A stretch of 64,000 nt of DNA from the human T2T-CHM13v2.0 reference genome, Homo sapiens: assembly GCF_009914755.1 (NCBI RefSeq), contig NC_060925.1. One strand, given 5' to 3'. The notes beneath the pieces are model-generated. The model saw nothing but the letters and a program-made list of their open reading frames with translations, was not told the origin of the DNA and ran no database searches. The number at the start of each line of letters is the position of its first letter. The stretch's first letter is position 1. A program made the translations under genes and the position numbers. Of this stretch, positions 57,745-64,000 are shown one piece after another.

Positions 57745-58103
57745 TGCCCAGACCACAGAGCCATAAAGTCATCAATTGTTTGTTCTGCCCAGAATAGCCC
57801 TTCTCCGCCTCTCTTTGGACTCTGTCTCTCCCAGCTTAACCATGTGGGTCAAATGAAAGCCTGAAGAATCCAGGGATAGGAGCTCCACTCCAGGTGAGCC
57901 AGTCAGAGTCCTTCTCTGGGATCTTCTGAAACGAAATTAAAGGAAGACGAGGCAGGGAAGAAACAGAGATGAGAGATAGTTCTGATAATGTTGCAGACCC
58001 TGTTTCCTGCATCTAAACTTATAGTTTTGTATGCCTTATTTTGCCAAGCCTAACTTGAGTGGAATTTCTTTCACCGACAATTGAAAGAATGCTGATTACT
58101 ACA
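57745..58103 (+). mobile_element. MLT1-type MaLR LTR remnant
   Basis: GCCAGTCAGAGTCCTTCTCTGGGAT and 3' end TTGAGTGGAATTTCT...AAAGAATGCTGATTACTACA resemble old MLT1 LTRs. Confidence 0.6.
57836..57925 (-). CDS. CLSPN: Alternative terminal coding exon of Claspin: KIPEKDSDWLTWSGAPIPGFFRLSFDPHG*
   Basis: Long polypyrimidine tract and TTTCAG| acceptor at 57926, 29 codons then TAA; peptide matches my recollection of the 1332-aa Claspin isoform C-terminus. Confidence 0.8.
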   Translation of the reverse strand, partial: KIPEKDSDWLTWSGAPIPGFFRLSFDPHG

Positions 58104-58177
58104 ATAGCACAAGGTGGTGACCCCAGGGTCTCTGGGTTCCATTCACGCACCTCTCAACACTTATTAGGTAACAGTAA

Positions 58178-59929
<1,752 letters not shown>

Positions 59930-60529
59930 TAATTAATACAGTCAGTGCTCACACAGCAGTCCTGGTCACTCCATAATTTTCAGAGCTCAAAACCTGAAGA
60001 AAAAAAAGCTCCAAATGCAGGGATGTCCATGTCCACAGGAAGACAAAAAAGCAGCTATAGAGATGCCTGTTATTCATTTGCCAGAGGCTTTTCCAGTGAG
60101 GACACCAGAGAATAATTCACCCCCAAGTGAAAGGGTATCTGTGGCTGGGTTCACCTACCCACATATATGCCAGGAACTTAAGTGGCAAGGACACAGAAAC
60201 CTCCAGAGATGGCCAGTATCAGCCTGAACAGGGCTTTGCAAAAGGCCATGCCATCAAGACCCAATGATGGACAGCGGGTAAGCCTCTTGGCAAACAGATG
60301 TCAGAGCCAAGAGAGGCTAGCAGTGAGTAGCCAGATCCAGGTCCCAGGGCCTGGGGTGTCAGGCAAGGAGACCAGAGAAGATGAGAGGAATTTCTCATCC
60401 AGGAAATAGGACAGGCCTAAGGGTTATTCATAGGTGGATAATTTCTCAATATCAGTATTCTCAGGAAGAAAGGGGTGGGTAAGATCAAGGTGTTTCAGCT
60501 TCAAAGACCTTGTCCCTTCCCACCCATTC

Positions 60530-61450
<921 letters not shown>

Positions 61451-62519
61451 TCCATATCAGAACAAAGCACGATCCTGGATTACAAACTACGTTGCTAACC
61501 TGCTTTCTTCTCTCTTCCTGAGGTCACATCATCTGTCAACTTCCCCACATGGCTTTGGGAACTTAGGCAAATCAAATCATTTTAACCTTTTTGGGCTAAA
61601 TAAAATAATATGCCTTAAAAATTGTTCAATAACATAGTGGTGAACATTGTCACTTGGGCTCCCAAGACCAGGCACAACCCCAGAGGACCTTTGACATGCC
61701 AAAGAGCCATTAAGGCAGATTGGAACGAACATTATTCCCCAGAATTGGTTCATCTTGGGAAAGGAAGGCCTAGGAAGCTGATGACCTACTTGTTTTGTTC
61801 ATCCATTTCTCTACTGCTTCTTAAAGGTAAAGTGCCTCTTTAGTCTATCAAGAAATTACTATGTGTTTACCTTAGGTAAAATATGCCCATTCCCCTATCT
61901 TCCATTTTGGCTGTTTTCCCAGCTGTAAAATGACAAGGCGGTACATTCAATTAGAAGTTTTAAAGCATTTTTAGAGCCTTGAAGTAATTTCTTTTTCCTC
62001 AACAAAATCTTTCCAATATATCCAGTTTGAGATCTGTCTTCCCCTAAACCCTCCACCTAAGGGCTCCGAGGGAACTTCAGAGAAGCTTTTAAAAGTTCGG
62101 CAGGGCACAGCTGCAAATCCACTGCACCAGATGAACCTAGGAAATGAATCCTCCCCCTGTCCCCAACACTGTTCCCCTTCTCACCCACCCCTTCCAAGGG
62201 AAAAGGGAGAAACAGGTCTTTTCGGAGCTGCTGGAAGAATGAAAGGTAATATAAATTCTTTCTCTCCAGTGCACTCAAGCGGTCACCAGGACATCAGAAA
62301 AGCCAAATCCAAGGTCCCAAGGCTCTTGATCATCCAGTGCCCACAACAGAGGGAGTAAGCTAGACGGAGAAGCTGAAGTGAAGGAGGAAAGAGAGAAGGG
62401 GGTGCCTGTTCCACCCCCTTCCTAGCAGCTGCCTCTGTGGGCTCCATAATCCCCATGCCCTCTCCCCCACCCCACCCTCCGGCCGCCCACCTCTCCTCCA
62501 CCCACCCCATTCATCAGTA

Positions 62520-62900
62520 GGAGGGCACTGTATCAGCACAGCCTTTCAAGGCCTGACAGTTCCTTTCTGGGTGCCCCCCACATGTAACCACTTAACCCCC
62601 AGCACAAAGGGCCAGCCTGAATGGGCTTGGAGCCGGTGGCTCGTGCGGAGGGGGAGGCCTCAATAGGATTTGGGGAGCTGGGTGTATAAACCGCTCTGCT
62701 CCAGCAGCCCTCAATGGAGGAGCTGGAGTTGGGGCATGTGCCGAGGGGAGGAGCTCGGCAGCTGCATCCCGCCCCTGAACAATGATTTATTCATTCTCCT
62801 GGCACGCACAGAGAAGACAGGCTGGGGAAACATGGCCCCACAAATCGCCCTCAGCCTCAGCTGATTCCCACGGCAATCATTGCAGTTCAGAGTGCCCCCT
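62520..62900. promoter_or_regulatory. Candidate enhancer (SOX and PBX-HOX motifs)
   Basis: AACAATG 62778 overlapping TGATTTAT 62783, CACAAAG, TGACAG in repeat-free DNA. Confidence 0.4.
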
Positions 62901-64000
62901 CCCACTTGTAATGTTTTGCCTCAAGCTTGCCCTTCCTCTTCCTGGTAAGGAAGTAGACTACATTACGGGAGGCCTTAAGTAGCCTTAAATTCAGGCAAGC
63001 ATCGTTCTTTGAGTTGGTTGCACCCAAACTCAATCTCACTCTCTCAAAGCTTTCTGGCCAGGTTTTCCTCACACACCCATAGAAACAGATGCAGACAAAA
63101 AAAAAAAAAAAAAAAAAAAAAAAGCGCATAGCAAAACCTGTCTCCAGGATGGCCCCCAGCAGGGAGTTGGGGAGCTTAGCCTAGAAGTAACTGACAGGTG
63201 ATGGGAATGTAGTAAATGTTTGCTGGATGAGTTAATGGCTGCTAACAAAAGGTAGTATGCTTGCTGCTGTCACTCCTCTTCCCAGACCCTTTCCTCCTTC
63301 TTGTAGTCACATCCATCTGGCTCCAATTCCCAGAAGAATCTCTTAGAAATCTTTGGGGATGAGGGGACAGAATGAAGACAGGTAAGCAAAGATGCTAAAA
63401 CCTGTAAATAAACAATGCTGGGTGGTGGTGGTGGGGGTGCGGTTTCAAGAAGTCAAATTGTGACAAAAGGAAATTTGCTCTCGCCCTCTTGCCTCCATAT
63501 GTCATGTCACCAGGGCCAGATCACACACACACATCATCATAATAAATAAAACTGAAAATCAATACCGTTAGCAGAACAGGGAGAGCCAGAATGAAGTGAC
63601 CATCCTCAGACTGGCCCCTGGGCCTACTGGCCCCAAGCTTGTAATTACCTTGTCACACAGAAAACAAATCTATTGTGGGTGGTAAGTGTGAGAGGTGGGG
63701 GATCCCAGGCACGGAGCTTGCCGGACGAGGAGCAGGGGAAGGGGCACAGTAGGAAGACTGATTGGCCTTCAGTGATGGTGGTACAGGAGCTTGAGACTAA
63801 CAAAACTAAGGCCTGGACAGTTTAAGAAAGTTTTGTTGTTTTAGTCAGGAGGGTGAACACCCTAAGGGAGGTGATCCTGCCCAATACTGGTGTGGGGCGT
63901 GAAGTTGCCGGGGAAAAGGCTTCAAGCCCACTCCTGGAGCCTCAGAAGGGCAGGTGGCTAGGATGCTGCTGCCCTCTGGTGGGCATAAAGAGACAGTATC

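Overview
Human (primate) genomic DNA, very Alu-dense, with older L1, L2, MIR, LTR and hAT/Tigger repeats. From recalled protein sequences I place it on 1p34.3, between PSMB2/TFAP2E (left, outside the window) and CLSPN (right). Two protein-coding features are supported, both on the minus strand. (1) The complete two-exon C1orf216 gene: CpG-island promoter ~55.4-56.3 kb, non-coding exon 1, CDS 52588-53277 (229 aa), AATAAA at 50849-50854. (2) An alternative terminal coding exon of CLSPN at 57836-57925 (KIPEKDSDWLTWSGAPIPGFFRLSFDPHG*), absent from the ORF track and apparently lying antisense in an MLT1 LTR. The first ~50 kb has no supportable gene, but contains several repeat-free islands rich in homeodomain/POU/SOX/AP-2 motifs and an orphan CpG island at ~44.6-45.35 kb. 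Nearly all other listed ORFs are Alu, simple-repeat or GC artefacts. I see no CRISPR, rRNA, tRNA or wholly new system. The best leads are the LTR-exonised CLSPN tail, a 5-nt tandem splice acceptor that could switch C1orf216 start context, a GCAUG/UG-rich 3'UTR block, and the candidate enhancer set. Repeat boundaries and subfamily names are by eye and approximate.
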